DNA of 64,000 nt. Source: Mobula hypostoma. Taxonomy: Eukaryota. The stretch lies in the NCBI RefSeq assembly GCF_963921235.1, contig NC_086108.1:21266001-21330000 (forward strand), read 5' to 3'. Positions 1 to 13,750 of this stretch are shown piece after piece. Both the position numbers and the translations under genes were made by a program. Every line of letters begins with the position of its first letter. Position 1 is the stretch's first letter. The notes below the pieces were generated by a model. That model had not been told where the DNA came from and did not search any database. It was given only the letters and a program-made list of their open reading frames with translations.

Positions 1-774
1 CACTAAAGATTAAACAAGATTGGGAAAGAGAACTTAATATGACTCTTGTTAACGGAGATTGGTTGCGAGTTCTGAAAATGGTTAATTCTTCTTTGATATA
101 TGCCAATCATTGTTTAATTCAATTTAAAATTGTTCACCGTTATTATTTAACAAAGGAGAGGCTATCCAAAATATTTCCTAATACAGACAATTATTGTGAT
201 AGGTGTAAAAATGAAGTAGCTATTTTGTCACATATGTTCTGGTCATGTCCCTCATTGAAATCTTTTTGGAATTCTTTATTTTCTACAATTTCTAAAGCTT
301 TGAAAATTAATTTACAACTTAATACATTGACTGCTCTATTTGGAATAGTTCCGCATCATATTCAGGGTATTTCATTTTCAAACCAACATGTAATTGCATT
401 CGTTACATTGTTGGCAAGAAGGGCTATTTTATTGAAGTGGAAAGATACCGCTGCTCCTACACTAATTCAATGGTTTTCCCAAGTAATGTTATGTCTTAGT
501 TTGGAAAAAATTAGAAGTAGAATGTTTGATCCCTGATTCGATTTTGAGAGAAGGTGGGGCTCTTTTGCCAAATATTATCATTTAATTTGGATTAATTTAT
601 CTGGTTTCCTTCCAGTTTTATGTTATATAAATGTGATTTGGCGGTTGTTTTTTTTCTCTTTTATATATACTTATAGCTGATTGTAAGACGTATTGCTCTT
701 GGAGTTGGTTCCTAATGGGTTTTTTTTGTAGTTAGTGGGGTTTTTTTTTCAGTTAGTTGGGGTTCTCTTTTTTC

Positions 775-820
<46 letters not shown>

Positions 821-945
821 TTCATTAGCATATACAAGTTTTTTTTCCTTCAGCTTTATTAATTATATATATACTAATTTGTTGAACTTTGGTATTTTAT
901 AGCTGTAGAAGATTATACTGTATATCAATAAAAAGATTTAAAAAA
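1..945 (+). mobile_element. 3' end of an L1-clade LINE (ORF2 C-terminus with CCHC zinc finger, T-rich 3'UTR, poly(A) end)
   Basis: ORF 39-536 has HRYYLTKERLSKIFP...CDRC...HMFWSC, the zf-RVT motif typical of fish L1. It is followed by a T-rich UTR, then AATAAA and an A-rich tail near 927-945. Confidence 0.85.
779..814. repeat. (TA)n microsatellite within the L1 3'UTR
   Basis: Uninterrupted TA run read directly. Confidence 0.95.
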
Positions 946-1601
946 TGAAATGAGTTTTATAAGCTATGTAACCAAATACCTTTGATATTTGCCCCTCTTT
1001 GCAAACCCATAAATTTGATTACAAGAAGTGCCATGCTGAATTGCCTTTCACTTTGTGTTGACTGGGAGAAAAGTGAAAGTGACTCCATGTTGTGAATGGA
1101 TAGGCTCCCAGTTGGTTATTAATTGGATGGATGGTCATTGACATTTAAAAGAGGATTAATTATTTATGCTTAAAGAACAGGATTTATGTAAAAAGTGTCA
1201 CCTGCAGCATTTTCTTAACTTGCAAGCTTTAGGGTAATTACAACTGTCATTAACAGTGGCCAGTTTAAATCAAAAGGGCCGTAGGTCACATAAATTCAAT
1301 TGGAATTCATTGCGTCAAGGGATCATATGATGACATTTCTAAAGCTGCCTCCGAACTTGTTCTTTGGAGTAGTTGTATATCTCAATAACCATCCAGCAAG
1401 GCAAAGAGTGACTAGCAATTCTGTAAATATGGATCTTCTTCAATTAGGCTGTACCCCTCTGCCCTGAGTGACTCCTGTGATGACCTAGAGCAATGAATTC
1501 TGAGCTGAAGTGAAACCTGGCCGTTAGCAATCTCACTGGTTAAGGATATTTGCTTTACAGTGGTTAGGTGTTTTGCATGTAATTGTTGACACAAAAGTAT
1601 A

Positions 1602-2190
1602 AAGCAACATACACAAAATGCTGGAGGAGCTCAGCAGGTCAGGTAGCATCTATGGAAGAGAATAAACAGTTGACGTTTTGGGCCGAGTGTTCTTCAAGAT
1701 TGAGAAGGAAGAGGAAAGAAGCCAGAGTGATAAGATTGCCGGGGGGGGGGGTGGTTGTGGGAGGATAGCTGAAAGACAATAGGTGAAGCCAGGTAGGTGG
1801 GAAAGGTCAAGGGTTGGAGAAGAAGGAATCTAATAGGAGACGAGAATGGACCATAGGAGAAAGGAAAGGAGACCCAGAAGGAAATGATAGACAGTTGAGA
1901 AGAGGTAAAAGGTCAGAGTGAGAATAGAGGCAGAGGGGAGGGGAGGGAAATTTAATGCTGATTCCCATTCCTGTTCCACAATGAGGCCACCCTCAGGTTG
2001 GAGGAACGCCACCTTCTATTCCACCTGGGTAGCCTCTAACCTGATGGCATGAACATCGACTTCTCCATCCAGTAAAAAAAACCCTCCCCTTCCCCTCTTC
2101 CTCTATTCCCCATTCTGGCCTCTCACCTCTTCTCACCTCCCACCGGTGCCCCTCCTCCTCCCTTTTCTCCTATGGTCCACTCTCCTCTCT
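1602..2190. mobile_element. Penelope-like element remnant in inverted configuration (- arm then + arm)
   Basis: The - arm starts with the family terminus (acacaaaatgctggagga.ctcagcaggtcagg) and is purine-rich. The + arm has the post-GIY-YIG motif (gaggccaccctcaggttggaggaac...cctgatggcatgaacatcgac) and a pyrimidine-rich tail. Confidence 0.75.
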
Positions 2191-3237
2191 TATCCACTAT
2201 GGCAGAGCAGTTCATAATCATACCTAAGGGCATTTTTAGATGGAATATCCATGAGGATAGAGTGCGCAATTTCAGACTTGACCCTATGAATATCATGGTT
2301 TCAGAGGAAACATGATTAGTAAAACCTTCGTAAATAAGAACCAGTACTTTTCAGACCAGTACAGTTGTATAAGAGTGTGGCACTATTGCTGGCATATTGA
2401 GTGAGTTTTACACTGAAGTGAAAGCAGTGCTAGGTAAAATAAAGTCCTGCTGTAAAGTCAGCAGTTTAATCATTTGCCAGATGGACGGACACCCAGAATT
2501 ATGTATAAAATTGCTATTGTCCAATCTTCCATTGAACAGTGTTATTGCTGGAGATGTGAGAAGGAATTCCTAGATTGATCTATAAAATCAAGCTGAGTAA
2601 CTGGAGACAGCTATGGCTTTCCATACTTGTTGCCCAAGTTAACAATTACTCCAGTAGAAAGGATGGGGGGTTTTCTGTCTAATAGGTGATTAATCATAAA
2701 TAGACATTTTGACTTAAGAGATAGTTTTAGGGCAGGATTTACACTGCTGATATGTTTAGAAAAGCACAATGTGACTTACTTATTTTGAAGAGCATTGCAA
2801 ACTTTTGTATGTAGACTTGCACCAGGATTTAGTTTGTGCTAATTCATGTTTCCAGAAAGTAACACTGGAGAATCTTAAAAGGCCTCAGGCTCTGAGAATT
2901 CTTACTAGAGATCTGTTTTTCACCCTTACTGACTCAAGTGTTTAAGAACAACCTGGTGGGAAATGTCAATAACTGGAACAAGTTTCATTTCCAATAGTGA
3001 TGTTACCACTTAATTACCTTTGAACTGAAGCTAACTATAGCCAGTAAAATATCCACTGCTGCAATCATCTTTATTCTGGAAATAATGTAAAAATAAACAA
3101 GGTTTTATTGGATACTGAGTTTCATTTAAAAACAGGAAGTATACAGCAAGAGGTTAACATAAGTAAGGTATTAAAGATTTAGGTTACAGATGGGGCCTTT
3201 CAGCAGAATTTAACTCACTGTTTCTTACTCTGAACAG

Positions 3238-4671
3238 AAGCCAGCTCTGCCAGTGGCGAGGATGGAACTCTCCTCTTTTTGGATGATCAGCCTATTAAAC
3301 AGATGGATCCTGTAGTTAATGCTTCTCAGGCACCATTTCCTGCCCTGACAACCATCACTTCAGAGACAGCAACAAAATCCAGTGATCAGCTGAATATCAC
3401 AGATGAGACGAAGGCTTTGACTGGTGTTAGTCCAGTACTTGTCATAGGTTCAACAATTCCCAGTATGACGGTCACGTCCAGTGGTACCAATATAACTAAC
3501 TTTACTGTGATCACTCCAGAACAGCATCTTGCTCAGGCCAGCCAAACCGATGCCTCAGAGTCTGCCACAGCTATCAACACCACTGCTTCTATCCCACCTC
3601 CTACCCACACTCTCTCCACAGTAAACACAACTTTTACCACAGTCCCAATTCCCCCTCCTGCGACGACTCATGCAACTGACATCACATCCCCACGAATTTC
3701 TGCTTCCCTTCCACCATCCAAAGTTGCTCTCACATCCCCTGCAGTCACCACCACAACAATTCCTAACGGCGAAGTTCCCATCATCATCCCCAATGACATT
3801 GCAGCAACTGTTTCAAATATCCCACCCCACTTGGACACAACTGCTGCCCCACCCACCACAGCCCACATAACTAATACCAAACACCTGCCCACAACTAGGT
3901 TGAGCACTGCGGTCCCCACAACTACTGGAACAGCAGCAGCAACCACTGAGCTTCCCACCACAACAAGCACTGCAGCCACCACCATGATCACTGTAGCCAC
4001 TGCCTCACCCACCACCATGACCACTGTAACCACTGCTGCACCCACCACTGTAACCACTGCCTCACCCACCATTATGACCACTGTAACCACTGCCTCACCC
4101 ACCACTGTAACCACTGCTGCACCCACCACTGTAACCACTGCCTCACCCACCACTGTAACCACTGCTGCACCCACCACTGTAACCACTGCCTCACCCACCA
4201 CTGTAACCACTGCCTCACCCACCATTATGACAAGTGTACCCATTACAACACACAATACAACCACAATGCCAACCATCAGGAGGATGACACCTCCCACAGC
4301 CGCCACTTCTGCAACCACCAAACCCAGCACAACACTCACCACAATGACTATCACCACCACAACAGCTGCCCCCACCACAACTATACCAACCACAGTACCA
4401 ACCACCACATCTGCTACAACCACAGCACCTACTGTCACCAACATCACCACAGTGCCCACAACACCCACTATTACCACACCAACCACCACCACACCCACCA
4501 TCACCTCAACCATGGCAGGCACCGTCACCACCCCCAAGCAAAGAACTAAAACCCGTTCTCCACATGCCAGGACAACCTTACTTCCTCCCGCTGCCAGACG
4601 GAAATTCCACATGGAGGGCACACGGAGACAACGTGTAAGCTACAATTGGAATGATGGTTACCGAAGTTTTG
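3238..4671 (+). CDS. OLFML2B: OLFML2B internal coding exon: Thr/Pro-rich mucin-like linker
   Basis: Acceptor tttcttactctgaacag|AAG at 3237/3238 and donor TTTTG|gtacgt at 4671/4672. The 1434-nt phase-1/phase-1 exon is open throughout. SGEDGTLLFLDDQ resembles the start of the equivalent vertebrate OLFML2B exon. It joins in frame to the next exon (FG|ECKE). Confidence 0.85.
3987..4229 (+). repeat. Coding minisatellite, 24-nt unit encoding TTVTTA(A/S)P, with occasional 9-nt TIM/TTM spacers
   Basis: Eight ACCACTGTAACCACTGC(TG/CT)CACCC units plus one variant, read directly. Confidence 0.95.
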
Positions 4672-4879
4672 GTACGTGAGATCCCATCAAAACAGAACTT
4701 GCTTTTTATAATTGCAGAATATATTGATAAATTGTGCTGAGTTTATTCCATTTATTGGGAAAGGTTATAATTTGATAACTGCATGCTTTGAATTCGCTTG
4801 TGGTTTATAATCACACTTTGATAAGCTTCCACACAAATAGGTGGTAAACAGGTAGGTTGGAGCACCTGAAATGCTAGAC

Positions 4880-6024
4880 CAGGGGTCGACAACCTTTTTC
4901 CCACTGTGGGCCGGATCACTTATTAATGAGCGGACGGTGGGCCAGATAAATGCCATAAAAAACTTGAAATATGGGAATTATCCATTTAAGTACATCTAGT
5001 TATGTTTTGCCTCAAATTAATGAATAACACATGCTAGAAAATCATCTGTGCTTAACCAGGATGCCAATTAGTAATCAAAGAACTCAGTTTAGTTTTTCTG
5101 TCCCATCATTGCAGGTGCCCCGTCAGTTGTGATGCCAATTAGCTTCGACACATTAAGTTTCATTTCTGACATCATTTTCAGCAAAGCTTCAAAAATATCT
5201 GCTCCAGTAACTGTGTCCTTCATGGGAATTAATTGAATAAACTCTTCAAAAATTTGAAAAGTCGAGGTCACTCCTCACACAAACACTGCAAGTTGAGCAG
5301 TGTCTCTCAAGTCTGTACTCTCATCAAGCACAATTGAAAAAAAAATGCAATTTGTTGCAGGCATCCCTTAAACAACTTTTAACATCGGCTGATATTTCTT
5401 CAACTTGCCGTTCTTGCTGACAGGCTGATAGATGCAAATAAAGATTTCTTTTCAGGACAAACAATATCCACCACTGCCAGTAAACATTCTTTGACAAACT
5501 CTCCATTTGTAAGACTTCATCTTTTCTGCAATACGTTTTGAGACTTTGTAGCTGGCACGGGTATTTCCTTCATTTTCACTGCTTTTTTGGCACTCAGCGT
5601 CTACCTTCCTGCATTTTGCATTCATTGCCATTGGAATTTTTTTCTTTGATTTTATTTCAAAACGCGAGTTATTCAACAAGTATTGTAGCACATAAATATC
5701 TGGATATTTAGCATGGATTTCTTGTTAAAACACAGTGACGCTGTTTCTGTTTACAAATTTGAACGATCCCATCTGAAAACCTGCGCACGCACGGTGGGTA
5801 TCTAATACGTATTAATGGGGTAGTCTGCCTTCCCCTCATTCGTATATACCAGTGTTTGGTTTGGAACAAAACAGAACCTGGGGCCAGTGTAACAAGACAC
5901 CATGCATATCCATTAGTGTGGTTGCGTGAAACACTCAGAATAAGGAAAAATCGCTTGTGGGCCAGATAAGCATAGTATCTCAATATTTGCTCGCAGGCCG
6001 GATCTGGTAGGTTGCCTACCCCTG
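4880..6024 (-). mobile_element. Internally deleted hAT transposon (Charlie/SPIN/GTF2IRD2-like)
   Basis: TIRs CAGGGGTCGACAACCT / AGGTTGCCTACCCCTG. Imperfect 8-bp TSD TGCTAGAC / TGTTAGAA. Minus-strand peptides KCRKVDAECQ, TRASYKVSKRIA and GADIFEAL...KLIGITTDGAPAMMG. Confidence 0.9.
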
Positions 6025-6319
6025 TGTTAGAAGCACCTGTGGAAAGAGAAATGGTCAACATCTTTCAAGTCAACGATCCCTCATTAGAAACAGAAAAGTA
6101 AGAAAACAAGTTTGTTATCCCATTTTTCCAGTGTTGTACAGGGATCTTCAGTTTGAAGTGTTGAACCTGTTTCATATTCCACTGATATTGCCTGACCTGC
6201 CTTGTGTTTCTCGTATTTTCTGGTTTTATTTCTGATTTCCTTTTGTAGTTTTAAAAATTTTCAGACGTTGGACCTTTGGATACAGAGTCAAATGCTGGTA
6301 AATACCAATGGGCCAAGGG

Positions 6320-7413
6320 AAACATCTCCACCACCTCCATCAGCACAGGTGCACCACAAGGCTGTGTGATTAGCTCTACTTGTTGTACACCTATGACTGT
6401 GTGGCTGAGCACAGATTCTATGCCATATTCAAGTTTACTGATGACACCACTGTTGTTGGCCGAATCAAAGGTGATGATGAATCAGTATATAGGAGGGAGA
6501 CTGAAAATCTAGCTGGGAGGTGCCATAACAATAATCTCTTACTCAATGTCAGCAAGATCAAGGAGCTGATTATTGAGTTCAGGTGAAGGAAACCAGAGGT
6601 CCATGAGCCAGTCCTCATTGGGGGATCAGAGATGCAGAGGGTCAGCAACTTCAAATTCTTCGGTGTTATTATTTCATAGGAGCTTTCCTGGACCCAGCAC
6701 ATAAGTGGAATTTTGAAAAAAGCATAGCAGCACCTCTACTTCCTTAGGAGTTTGTAAAGATTCAGCATGACATCTAAAACTTTGACAAACTTTTAAAGAT
6801 GTGCAGAGGAGAGTATATTGACTGGCTGCATCACAGCCTGGTATGGAAACACTGATATCCTTGAACAAAAAATTGTACAAAAAGTAGTGAATACAGCCCA
6901 GTCCATCTCGGGTAAAGCCCTCCACACCACTGAGCGTACTTACATAAAATGCTGTCGCAGAAAAGCAGCATCCGTCATCAGGGACCCCACACCCCCACCC
7001 CCGATCTAGTTCATGCTCTGTTTTTGCTGCTGCTATGAGGAAGAATGTACAGGAGCCTCAGGTCTCACGCACCAGGTTCAGGAACAGTTGTTACCCCTCA
7101 GTCATCAGGCTCTTGAACCCCAGGGAATAACTTCACTCAACTTCAATTGCCTCATCATTGAAATGTTCCCACAACCTATGGACTCACTTTCAAGGACATG
7201 TCATCTCATCTGTTCAATACTTATTGCTTATGTAGCTGCACAGTGTGTTGATTTTTACAGACTGGTTGAACACCCAAGTTGGTGTGGTCTTTCGTTGATT
7301 CTGTTATGGTAATTATTCTATTATGGATTTATTGAGCATGCCCACAAGAAAATGAATCTCAGAGTTGTATATGGTAACATATATATACTTTGAAAATAAA
7401 TTTACTTTGAACT
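6320..7413 (+). mobile_element. Rex1/Babar LINE 3' fragment (decayed RT)
   Basis: STGAPQGCV, YTYDCVA...KFTDDTTVVGRI, LTGCITAWYG. Ends with an aataaatttactttgaact tail. Confidence 0.85.
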
Positions 7414-8052
7414 TCTGGAAATCTTTAGCCCGTAACCACTAAAAGTGGTGAAGAAGCATTTGGGGTTGGTACTGGATCCATGCATCAGGAGCACACAGAA
7501 GGAAAGCCGCATCAGGCCCTTTCTGTAGAAGAGCCTGGGCTCTCACGTTGTCCACTGTGGCATTTCAGGACTCCCAAAACTGGAATGCAAGCATCATCCT
7601 TGATCCAAATTGTCTATCTAGGAAGAAGAATTCATAAAACTCTCCTCATCGATGTTTTCTTTGTGCTCCGGTACAGTTAGTATTAGATGTCATTCCAGCC
7701 TTGATCCAAATGGACAAAGAGGTCAAGCCCACAATAGGGGTAAGAAAGACTGCTTTCAAATTGCAATTTTCTAAAAGTAGTTCATTCTCTTTATTTAGAG
7801 GCTAGGGCCTAGTATTAAGTTCTAGTGTATCAAGACGGTTCAGTTTTTTACCCTTAAGTGGTTCCCAGGGATAATGATGGATCAATAGGAAATATTACCA
7901 AGTAGCTCAATGTGATAAAGTGTGCTGTTAGGACCTTTACAATGCAATGAGGAAAGTTTTAATGCATGACTAAAGTGGGTATGTGGTTTTAGTAACCCTG
8001 TGCTGATTATTGTTACCCTAGCATGGTGGGCTGACTCGTCTGTGTCTGTGCT

Positions 8053-9632
8053 AGAAACATAGAAAACCTACAGCACAATACAGGCCCTTCGGCCCACAGA
8101 GATGTGCCAAACATGTCCCTACCTTAGAAATTACCTACAGCTACTAAGCTCCATGTACCTGTCTAAAAGTCTCTTTAAAAAAAACCCTATCATATCCACC
8201 TCCACCACCATTGCCGGCAGCCCATTCCACGCACTCACCACTCTCTGAGTAAAAAACTTACCCCTGACATCTCCTCTGTACCTACTCCCCGGCACCTTAA
8301 ACCTGTGTCCTCTTGTAGCATCCATTTCAGCCCTGCGAAAAAGCCTCTGACTATCCACACGATCAATGCCTGTTATCATCTTATACACTTCTATCAGGTC
8401 ACCTCTCATCCTCCGTCGCTCCAAGGAGAAAAGGCCGAGTTCACTCAACCTATTCTTATAAGGCATGCTCCCCAACCCAGGCAACATCCTTGTAAATCTC
8501 CTCTGCACCCTTTCTATGGCTTCCACATCCTTCCTGTAGTGAGGCGACCAGAACTGAGCACAGTACTCCAAGTGGGGTCTGACCAGGGTCCTATATTGCT
8601 GCAACATTACCTCTCAGCTCCTAAATTCAATTCCACGATTTATGCGGGCTAATACACCGTATGCCTTCTTAACCACAGAGTCAACCTGCGCAGCTGCTTT
8701 GAGTGTCCTATGGACTCGGACCCCAAGATCCCTCTGATCCTCCACACTCCCAAGAGTCTTACCATTAATACTATATTCTGCCATCATATTTGACCTACCA
8801 AAATGAACCACTTCACACTTATCTGGTTTGAACTCCATTGCCACTTCTCAGTCCAGTTTTGCATCCTATCAATGTCCCGCTGTAACTTCTGACAGCCCTC
8901 CACACTATCCACAACACCTTAACCTTTGTGTCATCAGCAAATTTACTAACCCATCCCTCCACTTCCTCATCCAGGTCATTTATAAATATTACATAGAATA
9001 AGGGTCCCAGAACAGATCCCTGAGGCACTCCACTGGTGACCGACCTCCATGCAGAATATGACCTGTCTACAACCACTCTTTGCCTTCTGTGGGCAGGCCA
9101 GTTCTGGATCCACAAAGCAATGTCCCCTTGGATCCCATGCCTCCTTACTTTCTCAATAAGCCTTGCATGAGGTACCTTATCAAATGCCTTGATGAAATCC
9201 ATATACACTACATCTGTTGCTCTACCTTCATCAATGTGTTTAGTCACATCCTCAAAAAATTCAATCAGGCTCATAAGGCATAACCTGCCCTTGACAAAGC
9301 CATGCTGGCTGCTCCTAATCATATTATACATCTCCAAATATTCATACATCTCCAAATATTCATACATCCTGCCTCTCAGGATCTTCTCCAACAACTTACC
9401 AACCACTGAGGTAAGACTCACTGGTTTATAATTTCCTTGGCTATCTCTACACCCTTTCTTGAATAAAGGAACAACATCCGCAACCCTCCAATCCTCTGGA
9501 ATCTCTCCCGTCCCCATTGATGATGCAAAGATCATTGCCAGAGGCTCAGCAACGTCCTCCCTCACCTCCCACAGTAGCCTGGGGTACATCCCATCCGGTC
9601 CCGGCAACTTATCCAACTTGATGCTTTCCAAA
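8053..9632 (-). mobile_element. CR1 LINE 3' portion (RT domain, frameshifted)
   Basis: [55 protein letters not shown]-type 3' end near 8053. Confidence 0.92.
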
Positions 9633-10810
9633 ATAGTTCAGGGTCTCTTCCTTCCTCACTTTATGAAACACCTTGGATTAATGGTGACATTAAAGGTCCT
9701 GAGAGTGAGTTGACCAGTTATCATTTAAGAAACACAGACAGCCATAGTATCTCGTGGTATTGATGGGATTGTGAAACAGGAGTGATACTGTCTTTGACTG
9801 ACTTGCACATGTACTAATATACTGTACACACATTCCAGTAAAGAATAACAGTGAAACATGAAACCCTGACTAGAAAGAGAATAACCTAGAAAGTGAACCT
9901 AGCTTGTAATGCACGGTAAACCAAGCTGGATCAGTGGTCTCGGCAACATACAAGTATCCAGTAACAATTTAACTGAGCTTTGATATTCTATGTTCAGTAT
10001 TGAAGCTCGCTAATTACAGAGCTGCTCAATGCTCCGTTTATTCCACCTGCATCCACAGCTCCAGCTGCTCCAGGATCATACAAGATTCTGAAGCAAAATA
10101 CAGTCTAATGGAATCCCAGTAGGGGAGCCACTGGCTGAGCCAGTTTCTGTTTCGTCCATGGGTCAGACGAAAATCCTTGCTACGGTTATAAGTACTTAAT
10201 GTCAAACCTTTCCATTGTCAACGCCCAATCAAAACTCACAAGGCTCTGACATTTATCTGAAGTACAAGCCCACTAATGCTTTAAATCACTTATTTTTTGC
10301 ATCAAACTTTTTTATGTGCAGGCAATTTCCAAAACTGTAGCACAAAGTGTCTGACCAGCTGGGAATGGTTGCCAAAAATTTACTGGCTGAAGTGTCTGTC
10401 ATCAGAATGTCCTAAATTATAAATTGCATTTTACTTAATCTGACTCATCCACTAGGAAGCCATCCTAATTCTAGATTAAGCATTATAATTGAGGACCCAC
10501 TTTTTTTCTCACAAGTGCATTTTAAAACATGGCTCTATTTTGAAAAAATCAGAATTTTCCCAAGTGTACTAGCCACTTCTATTCCTGAAAAAAGCATTAC
10601 TTATTGAAAGGATGAAGATCTGGTCATTGTCATATAAAACTTGCTGTGTAGAAATAGGCTGTTAAATTTACAAAGATGACTAAAATAGTTCATTGGCAGT
10701 GAAACACTTGAGGATACCCCAATGATGTGAAAGGTTCAATATAAGTGCTAATACTTCTGTTACAGTACATATTTGGAATTGTTTCTTAGCTGGAATGGTA
10801 GATTTATCTT

Positions 10811-11708
10811 CCAATCACAAACAAGAAAAAATCTTCAGATGCTGGAAATCCAAGCAACACATACAAAATGCTGGAGGAACTCAGCAGGCCGGGCAACATC
10901 CAGGAAAAGAGTACAACCGATGTTTCAGGCCAGAACCCTTCAGCAGGACTGGAGAAAAATGCTGAGGAGTAGATTTAAAAGGTGGGGGGAGGGGAGAGAG
11001 AAACTGGAGGGGAAAGGATGAAGTAAAGAGCTGGGAAGTTGATTGGTGAAAGAGATACAGGGCTGGAGAGGGGGAGAGTGTGATAGCAGAGGATAGAAGG
11101 CCATGGAAGAAAGAAAAGGGGGTAGGAGCATCAGAAGGAGGTGATGGGCGGGCAAGGAGATAAGGTGAGAAAGGGAAAAGGGGGTGGGAAATGGTGAAGG
11201 AGGGGAAATGGGGGGTGGCGTGACATATCCATTCCGATATGTCCACCCATGGCCTCCTCCATTATTGTGATAAGGCCACACTTAGGTTGGAGGAACAACA
11301 TCTTATACTCCATTTGGGTAGCCTCCAACCGGATGGCATGAATATCAATTTCTCAATCTTTTAGTAATCCCGTCCGCGCCCCCCTCACCATTTCTCATCC
11401 CCTTTTTCCTCTCTCACCTTATCTCCTTGCCCACCCATCACCTCCCTCTAGTGCTCCTCCCCCTTTTCCTTTCTTCCATGGCCTGCTGTCTCTTTCACCA
11501 ATCAACTTCCCAGCTCTTTACTTCATCCTTCCTTCTCCAGGTTTCACCCATCACCTTGTGATTCCCTCTCCCCTCCCCCCACATTTTAAATGTACTCCTC
11601 AACTTTTTTTCTCTAGTCCTGCCAAAGGGTTTCGGTCTGAAACATCAACTGTACTCTTTTCCTAGATGCTGCCTGGCCTGCTGAGTTCCTCCAGAAATTT
11701 GTGTGTGT
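10811..11708. mobile_element. Penelope-like element, fold-back (- arm about 10817-11220, + arm about 11226-11708)
   Basis: The two arms are reverse complements carrying the family terminus. TSD TGGTAGATTTATCTT (10796-10810) / TGGTAAATTTATCTT (11709-11723). Confidence 0.85.
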
Positions 11709-11754
11709 TGGTAAATTTATCTTATTGCTTTCAGAGGTGAGGATTTTCTGCAAC

Positions 11755-12020
11755 TATAGAGTCATACAGCACAGAAATAGGCCCTTCAGCCCATCGCGTG
11801 CATGCCCACCTTTTTGCCCATCTACACAAATCCTCCTTCCCCTCTCTCTATTGTTTCTCTTAGTTACCACCTCAAAAAATTTGTGAGACAGGAGTCTTCC
11901 CCTCATGAAGCCTTGATGGTTATCCCTGATGAGTCCCCATCTTTCCGAATATACATAAATCCTACCCCTTGGAAATTTCTCCAGTAAACTCCCTAGCACT
12001 TTTGCAAGGCTGAGCGGCCT
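11755..12020 (-). mobile_element. Short deleted CR1 remnant
   Basis: RPLSLAKVLGSLLEK...HQGFMRGR fused to a CR1 3' end (GLKGLFLCCMTL). Confidence 0.7.
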
Positions 12021-12321
12021 GCCATTAGCTGGCTTGATTCTATTCATTTACTGTGCATTTGTTTTCTTAAATAAAAGTGAACAGCAGTGATAGTTTTGAT
12101 TTAAACTATATTCATGTTTCATGCAGAGAAGCCAACAGATTAATAACAGTGAGTATTTATTAATGTACTATAGCATAACATCAGATTGTTTTAACCATTT
12201 TCAGTTCAAGGAGGTAGGTTGTGAGCTTGATGGGTGGCAGTTTCACCACACTTGTAGTTGGCTTTCTGTACCAAAGGTACTGAGAGTTCTCATCTTGATA
12301 AGAACAGACTGCTTCTTTTCT

Positions 12322-12749
12322 TTATTTATATAATTGACTTCTCAAACTTTCGCTAATGCTCCACCTCCCCCTCACACCCCATCCGTTATTTATTTATATA
12401 CACACATTCTTTTTCTCTCTCTCCTTTTTCTCCCTGTCCCTCTAACTATACCAGTTGCCCATCCTCTGGGTTTTCCCCCCCTCCCCCTTTTCTTTCTCCC
12501 TAGGCCTCCTGTCCCATGATCCTCTCATATCCCTTTTGCCAATCAACTGTCCAGCTCTTGGCTCCATCCCTCCCCCTCCTGTCTTCTCCTGTCATTTTGG
12601 ATCTCCCCCTCCCCCTCCCACTTTCAAATCTCTTACTAGCTCTTCTTTCAGTTAGTCCTGACAAAGGGTCTCCGCCCGAAACGTCGACTGTACCTCTTCC
12701 TAGAGATGCTGCCTGGCCTGCTGGGTTCACCAGCGTCTTTGATGTGTGT
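12322..12749 (+). mobile_element. Penelope-like 3' fragment with hammerhead-type motif
   Basis: Pyrimidine-rich tail, then agtc-ctgacaa-agggtctccgccc-gaaac-gtc-gact (12654-12689). TSD TGCTTCTTTTCT at 12310-12321 and 12750-12761. Confidence 0.85.
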
Positions 12750-12898
12750 TGCTTCTTTTCTGTGTTCTTGTCTTGCTGAAGTTCTCAACTTAGCAGGGCA
12801 GTATGAGCATTGGTTCTTTGGGTGATCTGCAATACCTACATAATGATTGCGTGTCTGACTGTGGGCTTTTTGATCATTATGCCTGCAAGAATATTTGA

Positions 12899-13150
<252 letters not shown>

Positions 13151-13750
13151 TGAACTATCTAAAATACAAGGAAGTTTCATGTTGTTCCAAGAATACACAC
13201 CTATATTTTTCTCACTTCTGAAAGGCCATTAAGCTGAACCAGTAACACTGAAATATTTTGCTTCACAGATGCTGCCTGACTTCCTGAGCGTTTCTAACAT
13301 TTTCTGTTTATATTCCTTCCTTTTTTTGTGAACAATTTTAAGGACAAGTTGTGCTACACTCCTTCCTCACTTAGCAATCAAACCTAGAGAACATTTTATT
13401 TTTACATCCTACATTCCCCAAAGGATTAGTTCACAGATGGAAATTGGTCTTTGTTGCATTGATAGACTCTTATTAATGAGATACCAGAGTGATTATCCTA
13501 GAACTTGAGCTTTAATAATTTATATCAGTGACTTAGTTGAAAAGGCAGTGCAACATGTTCACATATGTTGACAGTAGAAAGGTTGGTGGATGAGTGAGTT
13601 TTGAGATGATGCATGAGCTAATATGAGTCCATGGCATGACCATTTGAGGCATACCAAATTGTGGAGGGCACAGACAGGGCAGATAGTAAGAAACATTTTT
13701 TCTTTTGCAGAGTCGTCTAAAACCAGAGGGCCAAGGTCTATGTTAAGACA

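Noticed and set aside
3987..4229. Regular short repeats resembling a CRISPR array
   Set aside because: No unique spacers, in-frame coding minisatellite, eukaryotic context, no cas genes.
3668..4621. 317-aa Val/Gly-rich ORF on the - strand
   Set aside because: Antisense shadow of the ACC/ACA-rich Thr codons of the OLFML2B exon, with no independent gene signals.
9326..9366. 18-bp in-frame tandem duplication in a CR1 RT ([13 protein letters not shown])
   Set aside because: Ordinary slippage in a dead element.
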